From: Eledone cirrhosa
Lineage: Eukaryota
Direction of reading: 5' to 3'
Length of the DNA stretch: 64,000 nucleotides
Assembly: GCA_964016885.1 (NCBI GenBank)
Contig: OZ024749.1
Coordinates: 6,262,001-6,326,000 of the forward strand
Shown: piece by piece, positions 37,680 through 50,939 of the stretch
Position numbering within the stretch: position 1 is the first letter of the stretch
Layout of the letters: each line of letters opens with the position of its first letter
Position numbers and translations under genes: made by a program
Notes under the pieces: generated by a model
Database searches by the model: none
Seen by the model: the letters and a program-made list of their open reading frames with translations, nothing else
Told to the model about the DNA's origin: nothing

Positions 37680-39750
37680 TCAGTGGCCTATGCTATCACT
37701 TCTCCTGATTGCCTTTCGATATGATGGATGGACTAAGGAATTATGGAGAGTCTGAAAAATCTGGACACTCAGTGACAATGCCAAAGATAAAGACAAATTC
37801 ACCCAATGCTGCTGGACGAAAAGGCAAGGACTCCTCCTCTTTGTTTCGGCCGCGGATGGCCAACATAACCTCAACCCCATCCCCCTCCCCACCGTTCCCA
37901 CCCACCAAACGCAATCCAAAACTTCAGAGTTGGTACCATGAATGTAGGCACCATAAAAGGTCACTCTAACGAGGTTGTAGAAATGCTTGAATGTAAGGAG
38001 GTTGATGTTTGCTGTATCCAAGAGACCAGGTGGAGGGGTGGGTCTGCTAGATTAATTGGGGTAAAAAACGATGCTATAAGCTTTTCTGGGTGGGAAATGA
38101 CAATGGGCTGGGTGGGTGGAGTAGGAATCATGTTAGCAGAAAAATGGGTAGATAAGATAATAGACGTAAATAGAGTGAACGACAGAATAATTAAAATAAG
38201 ACTTGTTCTAAACAGAACTACTGTGACAGTAATATCTGCGTACACACCCCAATCCGGACTGCCTGGCGCTATAAAAGACAGATTCTATGAGACATTGATG
38301 CTCACTACCTCCCAAATAACCGACAGTGACTACATAATTATTGCTGGCGACCTAAATGGTCACGTTGGACAACATTGTGACGGCTATGACGGAATCCATG
38401 GACGCTATGGGTTTGGTACTAGAAATGAGGAAGGCTCCAGAATCCTGGAATTCTGTGACGCAAATAACCTAACTATCTGTAACACTAACTTCAAAAAATG
38501 AGACAATCACTTGATCACCTACAGATCAGGGGAACACGCCAGTCAGATAGATTATATCCTCAACAGAAGACATGATAGAGTGTCTGTTGTAAACACTAAA
38601 TCCCTCCCCCATGAAGAATGCACCTCCCAACAAAGACTCATAGTCAGTGACCTCATAGTCAGGACAAGACGTACTCGACAAAAGAGGAGGACTATCCTCA
38701 GGAGAAAAATATGGAAGCTAAAGGACCCCACAGCCAGTAATAAATTTAAAAGCATATTACTTGATGCTTTTGATAGTAAGGAAGAGCAATTAGAGTCGTA
38801 CAATATAGAGGAACAGTGGGAATTCCTGAAAGTTAACCTGCTGATGGCGGCAGATGAAGTCTGTGGCTGGAGCAGGCCTATAGGCAGGAGGAGAGTAACG
38901 TGGTGGTGGCACAGTAAGGTGGAGGAGTCAATTAAGGCCAAAAAGCAGGCTTGGAAAGTATGGCGGGAGGGGGGAAGAAGAGAAGACTATCAAGTGGCCA
39001 GGAGGGAAGCTAGGAGACAAGTGTACTTCGCAAGAAGGGAAGCAGAGGAAAGAAAGTTCAAGAATGTTCTACAACGCGAGGACCAAAAACGTGAGGTGTT
39101 CAGGATTGCAAGGAAAACCGTGATATTGTTGGGGAGAAACCGTGATATTGTCTTGAATGATAATGGTGTACTTGCCATCACTGATGCTAATAAGAAGGTA
39201 GCTTGGAAGTGTCACTACGAAAGGCTACTAAATGAGGAGAATAAATGGGAGAAAGACTTGATAAATTCTGACCACACACACTTACACCTCTCCAAGACAA
39301 TGTCACTGGACCGAGATCTTTGGCGCTACACAGTAATACAGAAGACCCGCCTTACCTAAGTACAAAGTGAAACCTACTACAGTCAGTAGGCATCTCTAAC
39401 AAAAATACACCCCGTCCCACTACCCCCACCCCATCCACACCACCCCTTTCAATGTAAAGTTATGTTGGTACCACAACATCCAGGCCGAAACAAATGAGGT
39501 CGTGTAGGTGGCACGACAAAATAAAAAACACAGTCCATGCTGTAATGTGGCCGTGTAGGCAACACGGTAAAAACCTCCCAGTCCACACTGTAAACGTGGT
39601 TGGTGTTAGGAAGGGCATCCAGCCGTAGAAAACCCGCCAGACAGTCCTATACGAGCAAGACAACCAATCTTGCCTCAAGTGAGAAAATTCCCGTCCAAAC
39701 CCATGCAAGCGTGGAAGATGGACGTTAAACGATGATGATGATGATGATGA
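37680..39750 (+). mobile_element. Internally deleted RTE LINE: AP endonuclease and linker joined to the 3' end, RT core missing
   Basis: NVGT, DVCCIQETRW, GVGIML, VISAYTPQ, AGDLNGHVG, NTNFKK, SQIDYIL, TWWW; in-frame stop at 38499-38501; junction near 39270 to [16 protein letters not shown], 3'UTR and (gat)n. Confidence 0.92.
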
Positions 39751-40004
39751 TATATTCAGGAATTTAAAGCAGTCTTTATTAACATACAGAAACGTACAAA
39801 ACAATATGAAGTATAATTATTATGAATAAAAATATATTATTTGTGTTGTAAAGTTGTAAAGTAGTTAGTGTTTTTGTTGTTGTTGTTTGGCCCCCAGGTC
39901 ATATATGATTCAGGAGACACACGGTCAAAGGTTGCTACTCAACAGATAGTTAGATTAGTTGCATTGATAATGAGGATAGCATTAATGATATTTATTATTA
40001 TTAT

Positions 40005-40900
40005 TGGTAGGGTGGTGGATTGGCAGTATCGGTAGAGGGTCGGACGCCATGCTTTGACGCATAGAGTTACGACCCTTGCCATTCTGAGTTCAAATCCCGC
40101 CAAGGTTAACTTTGCCTTTCATCCTTACGGGGTCGATAAAATAAAGTACCAGTAATGCACTGGTTATTTGCTGGCCTTGTGCCTAAAGTAGAAACAATTA
40201 TTATTATTGGTAGAGCGTTGGACACCAGGCTTTGTGGCATAGAGTTATAGCCCTAAATGTTCTGAGTTCAAATCCCGCTGAGGCTAGCTTGGCCTTTCAT
40301 CCTTACGGGGTCGTTGAATAAAACACCAGTAATGCACTGGGGTCGATTAAATCAACATTCTCCTCCCTAAAAAATTGCTGGTCTTCTGCCTAAAGTAGAA
40401 TTATTATTATTATTATTATTGTTGACTTTGCCTTTCATCCTTACGGGGTCGATAAAATAAAGTACCAGTAATGCACTGGGTAATTGCTGGCCTTGTGCCT
40501 AAAGTAGAAACAATTATTATTATTATTATTGAATGAAACGGTGGATTGGCAGTACCGGTAGAGGGTTGGACACTATGTTTTGCAGCATAGAGTTACGGCC
40601 CTTTACGATCTCAGTTCAAATCCCGCCGAGGTTAACTTTGCCTTTCATCCTTACTCGATAAAATAAAGTACCAGTAATACACTGGGATAATTGCTGGCCT
40701 TGTGCCTAAAGTAGAACCAATTATTGAATGAAGCAAAATGCTTTACAGCTCACTGAGGTTACCTTAGCCTTATAGTTACATCCCTTTATATCACATGGTT
40801 GATAAAATAAAGTACCAGTAATGTACTGGGGGTCGATTTAATCGACTTTCTCTTTCCTCAAAATTGTTGACCTCAAGCCTAAATCAGAAACCATCAATAT
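40005..40900 (+). mobile_element. Head-to-tail cluster of ~5 S2 SINEs
   Basis: Best full copies at ~40010-40205 and ~40538-40725. Confidence 0.85.
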
Positions 40901-40961
40901 TATTGTTGTTGTTGCCGTTTTTGTTGAAATGTGTTAAGTTATGTTCCAAACACCAGCTTAA

Positions 40962-41707
40962 CTCTTCAGCATTTAAACCGGCGATATCCGGCTAGAATTC
41001 TCTCACCTCTTTCTGTTCAAAATGGCCTTAGCTAGCCACTCATACTTATGTTAAGGTATTGTTCTCAACATAAATAATATCAAAATCTCATAGATTTGAT
41101 ATTATGTGAGATAAAGTCTTTACCATGAAAATACAACAGTATATATATAGAGTAATGTAAATGTTATGTGAGATAAAGACTTTACTGTGAAAATACAATA
41201 GCAAACATAGAGTAATGTAAATATTATGTGAGATAAAGCCTTTACCATGAAAATACAATAGTAACCATAGAGTAATGTAAATATTATGTGAGATAAAGCC
41301 TTTACCATGAAAATACACTAGTAAACATAGAGTAATGTAAATATTATGAGATAAAGACTTTACCATGAAAATACACTAGTAAACATAGAGTAATGTAAAT
41401 ATTATGTGAGATAAAGCCTTTACTGTGAAAATACAATAGTAAACATAGAGTAATGTAAATATTATGTGAGATAAAGCCTTTACTGTGAAAATACACTAGT
41501 AAACATAGAGTAATGTAAATATTATGTGAGATAAAGCCTTTACTGTGAACATACAATAGTAAACAGAGTAATGTAAATATTATGTGAGATAAAGCATTTA
41601 CTGTGAAAATACACCAGTAAACATAGAGTAATGTAAATATTATGTGAGATAAAGCCTTTACTGTGAAAATACAATAGTAAACATAGAGTAATGTAAATGC
41701 TAAAGGG
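40962..41707. mobile_element. piggyBac-like MITE containing a ~60-bp tandem array (41100-41700, ~10 copies)
   Basis: Termini match 9245-9443; unit atattatgtgagataaagcctttac...aaacatagagtaatgtaa is the single-copy subterminal segment of the other copies. Confidence 0.85.
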
Positions 41708-42104
41708 TTGATTATAGGAAAGTTAGTGATATTAATAAATCTTTACAGATTTCTGATTATTTTCTTTATGATTTGAAATTATAGGCAGTGTTCTACATTA
41801 GGAATATGTCAAGGTAAAGATTAAGTTTTGTAAAATGAAAGTAATGATAGCAATTTGAATTGGGGATTGTCATTTAGATGTATATATTGCAATAGACAAA
41901 AATTACACATGGAAAACATTAAACCAGTGATTTTTAACAGGGGTCAACATGGTCTATAGGGGTCAAAATGGTCTATAGGGGTCCATATATGATTTTTTGG
42001 AGTCCACACAAACAAAATACTAAATTAGGAATACACAATAGTATTTCAGGGATCCTTGAAAAATATTTTCCTTTAGAAGTATTTATTGCAAGAAACCATC
42101 TTAA

Positions 42105-42324
42105 TTCTTCAGTATCTACATTACACTATATATACTATTGTATTTTTGTGGTAAAGGCTTTATGCCAAATAATTATCTCACATAATATCGAATCTATGAG
42201 ATTTTGATATTATTTATTTTGAGAGCAATACCTTAACATAAGTATGAGCGGCTGGTATAGCTAGCTTGAACAGAAAGAGGTGAGAGTATTCTAGCAAGAT
42301 GCGGCTGGTTTAAATGTTAAAGGG
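42105..42324. mobile_element. piggyBac-like MITE
   Basis: Flanked by ttaa at 42101-42104 and 42325-42328. Confidence 0.7.
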
Positions 42325-42584
42325 TTAAACTTTAAAGAAAGACTGCTATTTGTGTTGCTTCGTTCTTTGGTGATGGAATGAAAATATATTCAACAGAACA
42401 ATGTCATCCTTTATAACATATTTTAACAAATGAAGATTCATTGTTTTATAGATTTTAAGAATTTCGTTGTTTAAGTCTATAAGCAATAAATTAGTTATAC
42501 TTCAACAAAACAAAAAATATTTAAATTTTTTATAAAATTCTTAATAATATTTAATCATAAAAATACAATAGACTAAGCATAAGA

Positions 42585-43128
42585 GAAAGCAAAGGCTGTG
42601 TGCAAGTGAGGAGGTTGCGTTGGTATGGACACGTGATGCGTTTGAAAGATGACAGTTGCATAAAATGGTGCAGAGCACTAAAAGTTGATGGAAGCTATGG
42701 GGTGGGGAGACCCAAGAAGGCCTGAGGTCGGGTGATAAAAGCTGACCTTGCCCAATTGCACCTCTCAAAGGTGATGACATGGGACCGAGACGTCTTGCAT
42801 TATGTAGTAATGCAGAGGACCCGACGTCCCACGGGAACAAGCTGAAGCTGAAACATATTGACAATATGCCCCCCCCCCCATCCCCTCTCACTGTAAAGTG
42901 GCCATGTAGGTATCACGACAAAAATCACTCAGTCCACACTGTAGAGTGGTCGTGTAGGGTCCACGGTAAAAAAGCACCCAGTACACACTATAAATGAGGT
43001 TGGTGTTAGGAAGGACATCCAGCTGTAGAAATTAACCTAAAATCAGTTCTGTATGAGCAAGACATGGTCACCTGACCTAGCATTGTCTACAACAGGACAA
43101 CCTGTACAACCCATGCTAGCATGGAGGA
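42585..43128 (+). mobile_element. Decayed 5'-truncated RTE LINE 3' end
   Basis: VQVRRLRWYGHVMRLKDDSCIKWCRALKV; homologous to 7945-8470. Confidence 0.85.
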
Positions 43129-43468
43129 TTAGAAGCAAAATGGTGGTGATGAATAGAAGTTTTTTTCTAAATATGAAATGGCCTGGGAATGGGATCCACT
43201 AGAATAAAAGGAGTCCATAAGTAAATGATGGTTGAGAATCCCTGATTTAGAGAAAACCTTCCCCCACACTACCCCACCCCACCCCACCAAAGTAAAAAAC
43301 ATGATCAGATTAGCAAGTAAGGGTACAGGGTTCTTAACACCTGAATGTGTCATTAGGGGCAAAACATTTAAATGTCATTTGCTTTGGGAAGCACATATTG
43401 AAAATTGAAAATTTTAACAATAAGTCTTAACATTTTAAATCAACCAGTTTCTTTCCAGTCACGTACAT

Positions 43469-43513
<45 letters not shown>

Positions 43514-44011
43514 TATATATATATATATATGTAAATAAATATATATGTATATATATATGCATATATATATATATATATATATATGTAAATAAATATATAT
43601 GTATATATATGTATATATATATATGCATATATATATATGTAAATAAATATATATGTATATATATGCATATATATATACATATATATATATATATAGGGGA
43701 AAGAGAGAGAGAGAGAAAGAGAGAGAGAGGGAGGGAGAGGGGGGAGAAAGAGAGAGATAAGGGTATGTGTTTTGTTTTATGTTTTATACCTAATCTATTA
43801 AGATAATCGTACATCTGAGCTATTTTATATTCAAATAATTATTTATTTAACATAACAATTGATTTTTGAAGAATCTTCTCCTCTTCTGTTCCATCTGTTG
43901 TGTTCCATGCCATTAGCTTCCATCTTTCTACAATACACTTTATTGTAATTGCTTTGAATTCTTCAGCTGTATATCAATGAATCTGTATGTCTGTGTAAGT
44001 GTGGCCATTGT

Positions 44012-44556
44012 TATGTATGTATGTATGTATGTATGTATGGAGGTATGTATGTATGTATGTATGTATGTATGTATGGAGGTATGTATGTATGGAGGTATGT
44101 ATGTATGGAGGTATGTATGTATGTATGTATGTATGTAGGTATGTATGTATGGAGGTATGTATGTATGTATGTATGTATGTATGTATGTATGTATGTATGT
44201 ATGTATGTATGGAGGTATGTATGTATGGAGGTATGTATGTATGTATGTATGTATGTATGTATGTATGTATGTATGTATGTATGTATGTATGTATGTATGT
44301 ATGGAGGTATGTATGTATGTATGTATGTATGTATGTATGGAGGTATGTATGTATGTATGTATGTATGTATGTATGGAGGTATGTATGTATGTATGTATGT
44401 ATGTATGTATGTATGTATGGAGGTATGTATGTATGTATGTATGTATGTATGTATGGAGGTATGTATGTATGTATGTATGTATGTATGTATGTATGTATGT
44501 ATGTATGTATGTATGTATGTAGGTATGTATGTATGGAGGTATGTATGTAGGTATGT
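44012..44556. repeat. (GTAT)n microsatellite with GGAG interruptions
   Basis: Seen directly. Confidence 0.95.
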
Positions 44557-45150
44557 TAGTACTACTGGTAACATGTATCCCAGTACAACCTGTCCCATGG
44601 TCGGGTCGTTGGCGACTAAACTGGCAACCCCACCAAGGTTTCTTGGTGAGGAGGGTGACTTTGGACATCCTGCAGGACTAAAAACAAAACCTGTCAAAGG
44701 GCAAAGGAGCTCTTAAGAGTCAATGGCCATCCAAAATCACCGGGAGAGATGACCCCTTAGCCTTTGTCAAGGCACAATTCTAGGAGAAGGAAAACTCTGA
44801 TATAACACCTGCAACCCTGATGGTATCCAATGATGTTGACTTGTTCTTCTTTTTGGTAAATATCATCTCGGTTAAGAGAGTGGGACTGGCTTTGTGCAGT
44901 GCCTTTGCTCACTATAAAAGCTTCACGGCACAGGCATTGCTTTATATCTGGAGATCTCTCTGCACTTGTCGTCACATGGTATCATGGGCCCAGCACTGTG
45001 TCAATAATTGTCACATGTGTAGTGTTTGTACCAGAGTTTTCAAGTCGCTGGCGGGACTAAAAAGTCACACATGTCCAGTGCATCGGTAGGAGTTCTCCTA
45101 CATGGATATAAAGTAGTGGCCGTACTCGAAAACGAGTTGGCAGCCACCAT
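44557..45150 (+). mobile_element. Short RTE/BovB-like derivative with candidate HDV-like ribozyme head and zinc-finger/stem-loop tail
   Basis: CSVCTRVFKSLAGLKSH resembles the terminal zinc finger of BovB-type ORFs; 3' gtggccgtactcgaaaacgagttggcagccacc plus (GTAT)n; isolated tail copy at 30543-30585(-). Confidence 0.6.
44580..44624 (+). ncRNA. Candidate HDV-like ribozyme, 5' P1 strand not found
   Basis: P2 ccagt/actgg; P3 acc/ggt with loop tgtcccat; putative P1' cgggtcgtt; GG; cga; J4/2 CTAA. Confidence 0.45.
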
Positions 45151-45260
45151 GTAGGTATGAATGTATGTATGTATGTATGTATGTATGTATGTATGTATGT
45201 ATGTGAATGTGTATGTTTACCTGGTGACATATGGTATATATGTTCATATATATAAATAAT

Positions 45261-45909
45261 ATGGAGGTGGCCACACCATTAGCTAAGATCTTTCTTTCCC
45301 TTATTACGAAGCATTTTCCCCTACACATAAATAAAGTATATTTTTTAATAGAAATACTATTAAAATTTCTTACTCTACGACTCCTAACCTTGCACATAAC
45401 ATCACAGCTTCAAATTTAGCTAAACTACCTAGCCGTAGGAACACGTGCAACCCTGTAGTTAGTACTAACTGTAATTGTAGGAATCGGGTTGATTGCCCCC
45501 TATCCGGGAAATGCCTCTCTAGTAAATTGTCTACAAATGTAAGGTTGTAACACCCACGTCCCGTAGGGCCTACATAGGGTTAACCGCCAATAGATTCAAG
45601 CAGCGTATTTACATGCATACCCATTCTTTTCGTTACCCTCTAAGAAGGAATATGACGTCACTTTCAGCTTATATCTGGAGTCTAAAAGACAAACACACCC
45701 AATATAAGTTACATTGGGAGATCCTAGCTAGGGCTAGATCGTATAACGGAAACAAAAGATCATGTGACCTCTGCGCCGCTGAGGCCCTGGAAATACTCTA
45801 TGCCACAGACCACATCTTAAACAAAAAATATGAGGCAATTTCGGCTTGTAAACATAAATTGCACAAAACTTTCCTGTATTACAGCCCCACGTTATACCCT
45901 AATGGATAA
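45261..45909 (+). pseudogene. Penelope-like (Naiad-type) RT thumb plus GIY-YIG endonuclease, two frameshifts
   Basis: AKIFLSLITKHFP / FNRNTIKISYSTTPN / CNCRNRVDCPLSGKC / IVYKC..AYIGLT..FKQR..H..SF / TSLSAYIWSLK / WEIL / CDLC..E / LNKKYE..SACKH; probable 3'UTR to ~46915, whose end recurs inverted at 63800-63917. Confidence 0.9.
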
Positions 45910-46941
45910 TACGATCTATACGCGGATATTTTACGTCTTGATGTGGTAGCTAAGTATATGTTTTGTTTATACCATTACTTATTTGCATAGGTAAGTATAT
46001 ATTACCTGTATGTTTTGTGAAGGTACGTATACCTTCTTGTACGTATATTTGATTGTATATGTTATGGTGTATAATTTTATATATTCTGGTACATATGGTT
46101 TGGTTATGTGTATACGGGAGTTTCGCGTCTGTGTGAGTATGCAGGTTCGTACGTATGGTGGGTGTGTGTATATGTGTACTTCATGTTTTTGTTGACTTAC
46201 GTCTCCGAACATTTGTGTATTTACATGTAGGTATGTGTGTGCGCTTGTTATATACGTATTTATTTATTTATATACGTTTATTTAATTATTTATTTATTTG
46301 TATACACGCATACACACACACACACACATATTTATATGTGCGTGGTTTTGTATACCTATGGTAAGTGTTTTCGCATATGCTTGTGTATGTATGTATTTGT
46401 ATGCGTGTATGTATTTATTTAATTTCTATTACTTCTGTATTGTATTTATTTACTTTGTTCTTAACTCTGAAGCAGAGATTCATTCGGTCTCCTAGTTAGA
46501 ATTTTAGTCTACGACTTCAGCTATACCATTTACGTGGTTTTGTCTTTGCGTGCAATTGTTCTCCACGCCCCACATATGACGTATTATCTTCGTTTTTTTC
46601 GTTCATTGTCAGAGAACGTCTCTATGAACCACATAAGAGAACATTAGTCTACTCTTTTATACCATAGATGTGGTTCTGTCTTTGCGCGTAATTGTAATTC
46701 ACCGCTCCTATTAATGACGTATTATATTCATTTTTTCCCGTTCTTTGCCAGCAAACGTTTCCACGAACCAAAGTATCGTCTTCCTGTCTTCCTCCGGTTG
46801 CAACGTTTTTTGAAATATCCACTTCTGTGTTTACAGATTGACTTTGTTAGTTTCAGAAGATCCCGTTAAGGGTGAAACCAGCGATTCTTTGCTTAAACTT
46901 TAATCTGTTATTTTAATAAATATATATATATATATATACAT

Positions 46942-47222
46942 TATCATCATCATCGTTTAACGTCTATCTTCCACGCTAGCATGGCTTTAGACGGGAATTG
47001 TCCCATATGAGGCAAGATTGGTTGTCTCACTCGTATAGGACTGTCTGGCGGGTTTTTTACGGCTGGATGCCCTTCCACATTTACAGTGTTGACTGGGAGG
47101 TTTTTACTGTGTTACCTACATGGCCACATTACAGCATGGACTGTGTGTTTTTTTGCAGTGACACCTACACAACCTTATTTATTTAGGACTGGATGTTGTG
47201 GCACCAACATAACTTTACAGAG
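46942..47222 (-). mobile_element. RTE 3'UTR copy
   Basis: Near-identical to 14215-14510. Confidence 0.75.
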
Positions 47223-47302
47223 AAATATATATATATAATTTATTTTTCATATGTTGATTTAAAACTTCATAAGTGTTTTTTAAGCTTCATATCATGTCTC
47301 AC

Positions 47303-47373
47303 TATTTTATCTGATGAGAACGCAGATATCATCCCATGATGATATTTGTTTTTGAAATGCGCATAATAAAATA
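47303..47373 (+). ncRNA. Type I hammerhead ribozyme, family B
   Basis: tattttat-CTGATGA(47311-47317)-gaacgcagatatcat...atgatatttgttttt-GAAA(47354-47357)-tgcgca-TA-ataaaata. Confidence 0.85.
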
Positions 47374-47420
47374 CTTGGAACTCTTTTAACCATCTTTTGA
47401 TCTTATATTATATATAGTTA

Positions 47421-47756
47421 TGGAGGCACATGGCTTAGTGGTTAGAGCATTGGCCTTGCAATCGAAAGGTTGTGAGTTCAATTCTCAGACCAGGTGATGT
47501 GTTGTTTCCTTGAGCAAGACACTTTATTTCACATCGCTCCAGTTTACTCAGGTGCAGAAATGAGATGATAGGGACTGGGGTCTATATCATTCCACTGCAA
47601 AGTGGTCGTGCAGGTGCCACGGCAAAAAAAGCACCCAGCACTCACTGTAAATGAGGTTGGTGTTAGGAAGGGCATCCAGCTGTAGAAATCAAGCCAGAAT
47701 CAGTTCCCGTCCAACCCTTGCAAGCAGGGAAATAGTGGACGTAAAATGAAATGATG

Positions 47757-47758
<2 letters not shown>
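47421..47758 (+). mobile_element. S1 tRNA-SINE, full length
   Basis: A and B boxes, body and tail as at 806-1150. Confidence 0.88.
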
Positions 47759-47808
<50 letters not shown>

Positions 47809-48870
47809 TTTGTGGTGTGTGTTAAAGATGAAACACCAGGATAGGTCATCAGATTAACATGATGAACTGAAGAATTCAGAAGAATTTACTAGAATCAGAC
47901 CAATATGTGATATAAGAAAATATGTCATTTTTTATTGTGGTAATATAATTTACAGATAAAAATATAGTAAATGTATATATTTGTGTATGTGTATACTAGG
48001 ATGTATACATTTGAGTGTGTGTGTGTGTGTACAGTAGAATGTATACATTTGTATATGTGTGTGTGTGTACACTAGAATGTATATGTTTGTGTATGTGTGT
48101 GTGTGTGTAAACACTAGAATGTATATGTGTGTATATGTGTGTGCGTGTACTAGAATATATATGTTTGTGTATGTGTGTGTACAGTAGAAGGTATACATTT
48201 GTGTATGTGGGTGTATGTGTAGACTAAAGTGTATGTGTGTGTATGTGTAGACTATAATGTATATGTGTGCGTGTGTATATACTAGAATGTATATGTTTGT
48301 GTGCGTGTGTATATACTAGAATGCATATGTGTGTGTATACTTAGAATGTATATATTTGTGTGTGTATAATAGAACATATATGTTTGTGTATGTGTGTGTA
48401 GACTAGAATCTATACATATGTGTGATGTGTTGTTTCCTTGAGCAAGACACTTTATTTCACATTGCTCCAGTTTACTCAGCTGTAGAAATGAGATGATAGG
48501 ACTGGGGTCCCTATCATTCCACTGCAAAGTGGTCGAGGAGGTGCCACGGCAAAAAAGCACCCAGCACTCACTGTAAATGAGGTTGGTGTTAGGAAGGGCA
48601 TCCAGCTGTAGAAATCAAGCCAGAATCAGTTCCCGTCCCACCCTTGCAAGCAGGGACAAGCGGACGTTAAATGAATGATGACGGTGATGATGATGATATA
48701 TATATATATATATATATATATACTACTACTACTACCACTAAAACTCTTTGATTGTGTGCTTATCTGTAATTTAATACACCCAAAATGGTGCATGATGGGA
48801 AAATACTTTGAAATGAAGTTGTCCCTGAAATGGGAATATAAAAATGGAATAAAACAAGTTTTGCCTAAAT

Positions 48871-48902
<32 letters not shown>

Positions 48903-49049
48903 AAATGCAAAACCAAATCACATTGGAGAGCAGGGGGGTGGGGACACATAAACCAAAACTGTATAAAGGAAACCAACATAATGTCCTGAATATAGATTCA
49001 AAGACATAGAAACATTTGGAATTTCAAGACATTGGAATAACCATTTCAG

Positions 49050-50880
49050 CTTACACAGCAGTAGCAATAAAAACAACACTTACACAGCAGTAGCAATAAA
49101 AACAACACTTACACAGCAGTAGCAATAACAACAACACTTACATAGCAATAGCAATAACAACAACACTTACACAGCAGTAGCAATAAAACAACACTTACAC
49201 AGCAGTAGCAATAACAACAACACTTACACAGCAGTAGCAATAAAAACAACACTTACACAGCAGTAGCAATAAAAACAACACTTACACAGCAGTTGCAATA
49301 AAAACAACACTTACACAGCAGTAGCAATAACAACAACACTTACACAGCAGTAGCAATAAAAACAACACTTACACAGCAATAGCAATAAAAACAACACTTA
49401 CACAGCAATAGCAATAACAACAACACTTACACAGCAATAGCAATAAAAACAACACTTACACAGCAGTAGCAATAAAAACAACACTTACACAGCAATAGCA
49501 ATAAAAACAACACTTACGCAGCAGTAGCAATAAAAACAACACTTACACAGCAGTAGCAATAAAACAACACTTACACAGCAGTAGCAATAAAAACAACACT
49601 TACACAGCAATACCAATAAAAACAACACTTACACAGCAATAGCAATAACAACAACACTTACACAGCAATAGCAATAACAACAACACTTACACAGCAATAG
49701 CAATAAAAACAACACTTACACAACAGTAGCAATAAAAACAACACTTACACAGCAGTAGCAATAACAACAACACTTACACAGCAATAGCAATAACAACAAC
49801 ACTTACACACCAGTAACAACAACAACAACACTTACACAACAGTAACAACACCACTTGCACAGCAGTAATAACAACAACAACACTTACACAGAAGTAGCAA
49901 TAACAACAACACTTACACAGCAGCAGCAACAACACCACCACTTACACAGCAGTAACAACAGCAACAACACTTACACAACAGTAACAACACCACTTACACA
50001 GCAGTAACAACAGTAACAGCACTTACACAGCAGTAACAACAGTAACATCACTTACACAGCAGTAACAACAGCAACAACACTTACACAACAGTAACAACAC
50101 CACTTACACATCAGTAACAACAACAACAACAACACAACAGTAACAACAGCACTTACACAGCAGTAACAACAGCAACAACACTTACACAGCAGTGACATCA
50201 ACAACACTTACAACAACAACAACACCACTTACACAGCAGTAAAAACAACAACACCACTTACACAGCAGTAACAACAACAACACCACTTACACAGCAGTAA
50301 CAACAACAGCAACACCACTTACACAGCAGTGACATCAACAACACTTACAACAACACCACTTACACAGCAGTAACAACAACAGCAACACCACTTACACAGC
50401 AGTAACAACAACAGCAACACCACTTACACAGCAGTGACATCAACAACACTTACAACAACAACAACACCACTTACACAGCAGTGACAACACCACCACCACT
50501 TACACAGCAGTAACAACAACAGCAACACCACTTACACAGCAGTAACAACAACAGCAACACCACTTACACAGCAGTGACATCAACAACACTTACAACAACA
50601 CCACTTACACAGCAGTAACAACAACAGCAACACCACTTACACAGCAGTAACAACAACAGCAACACCACTTACACAGCAGTGACATCAACAACACTTACAA
50701 CAACAACAACACCACTTACACAGCAGTGACAACACCACCACCACTTACACAGCAGTAACAACAACAGCAACACCACTTACACAGCAGTAACAACAACAGC
50801 AACACCACTTACACAGCAGTGACATCAACAACACTTACACAACAACAACAACACCATCTACACACCGGTAACAACAACAA
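49050..50880. repeat. 29-bp minisatellite (cttacacagcagtagcaataaaaacaaca)n grading into mixed variants
   Basis: Period 29 (49050, 49079). Confidence 0.95.
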
Positions 50881-50939
50881 CTGTCTAAGCTGATTAAAAC
50901 GTAATGATCAGCTGTCTTTCATTCTGTACAGAATTAATA

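Noticed and set aside
41926-42100. Possible hAT left end (cagtgatttttaacaggggtc)
   Set aside because: No matching right TIR or TSD found.
45010-45089. Host C2H2 zinc-finger gene
   Set aside because: A single incomplete finger directly before a retroelement tail; better explained as an RTE ORF end.
45460-46770. Selenocysteine recoding or SECIS, reported for some Naiad PLEs
   Set aside because: The conserved Cys codons here are TGT/TGC; the two atgacg motifs (~46577, ~46714) belong to a local ~135-bp duplication and lack a SECIS-like stem with an AA loop.
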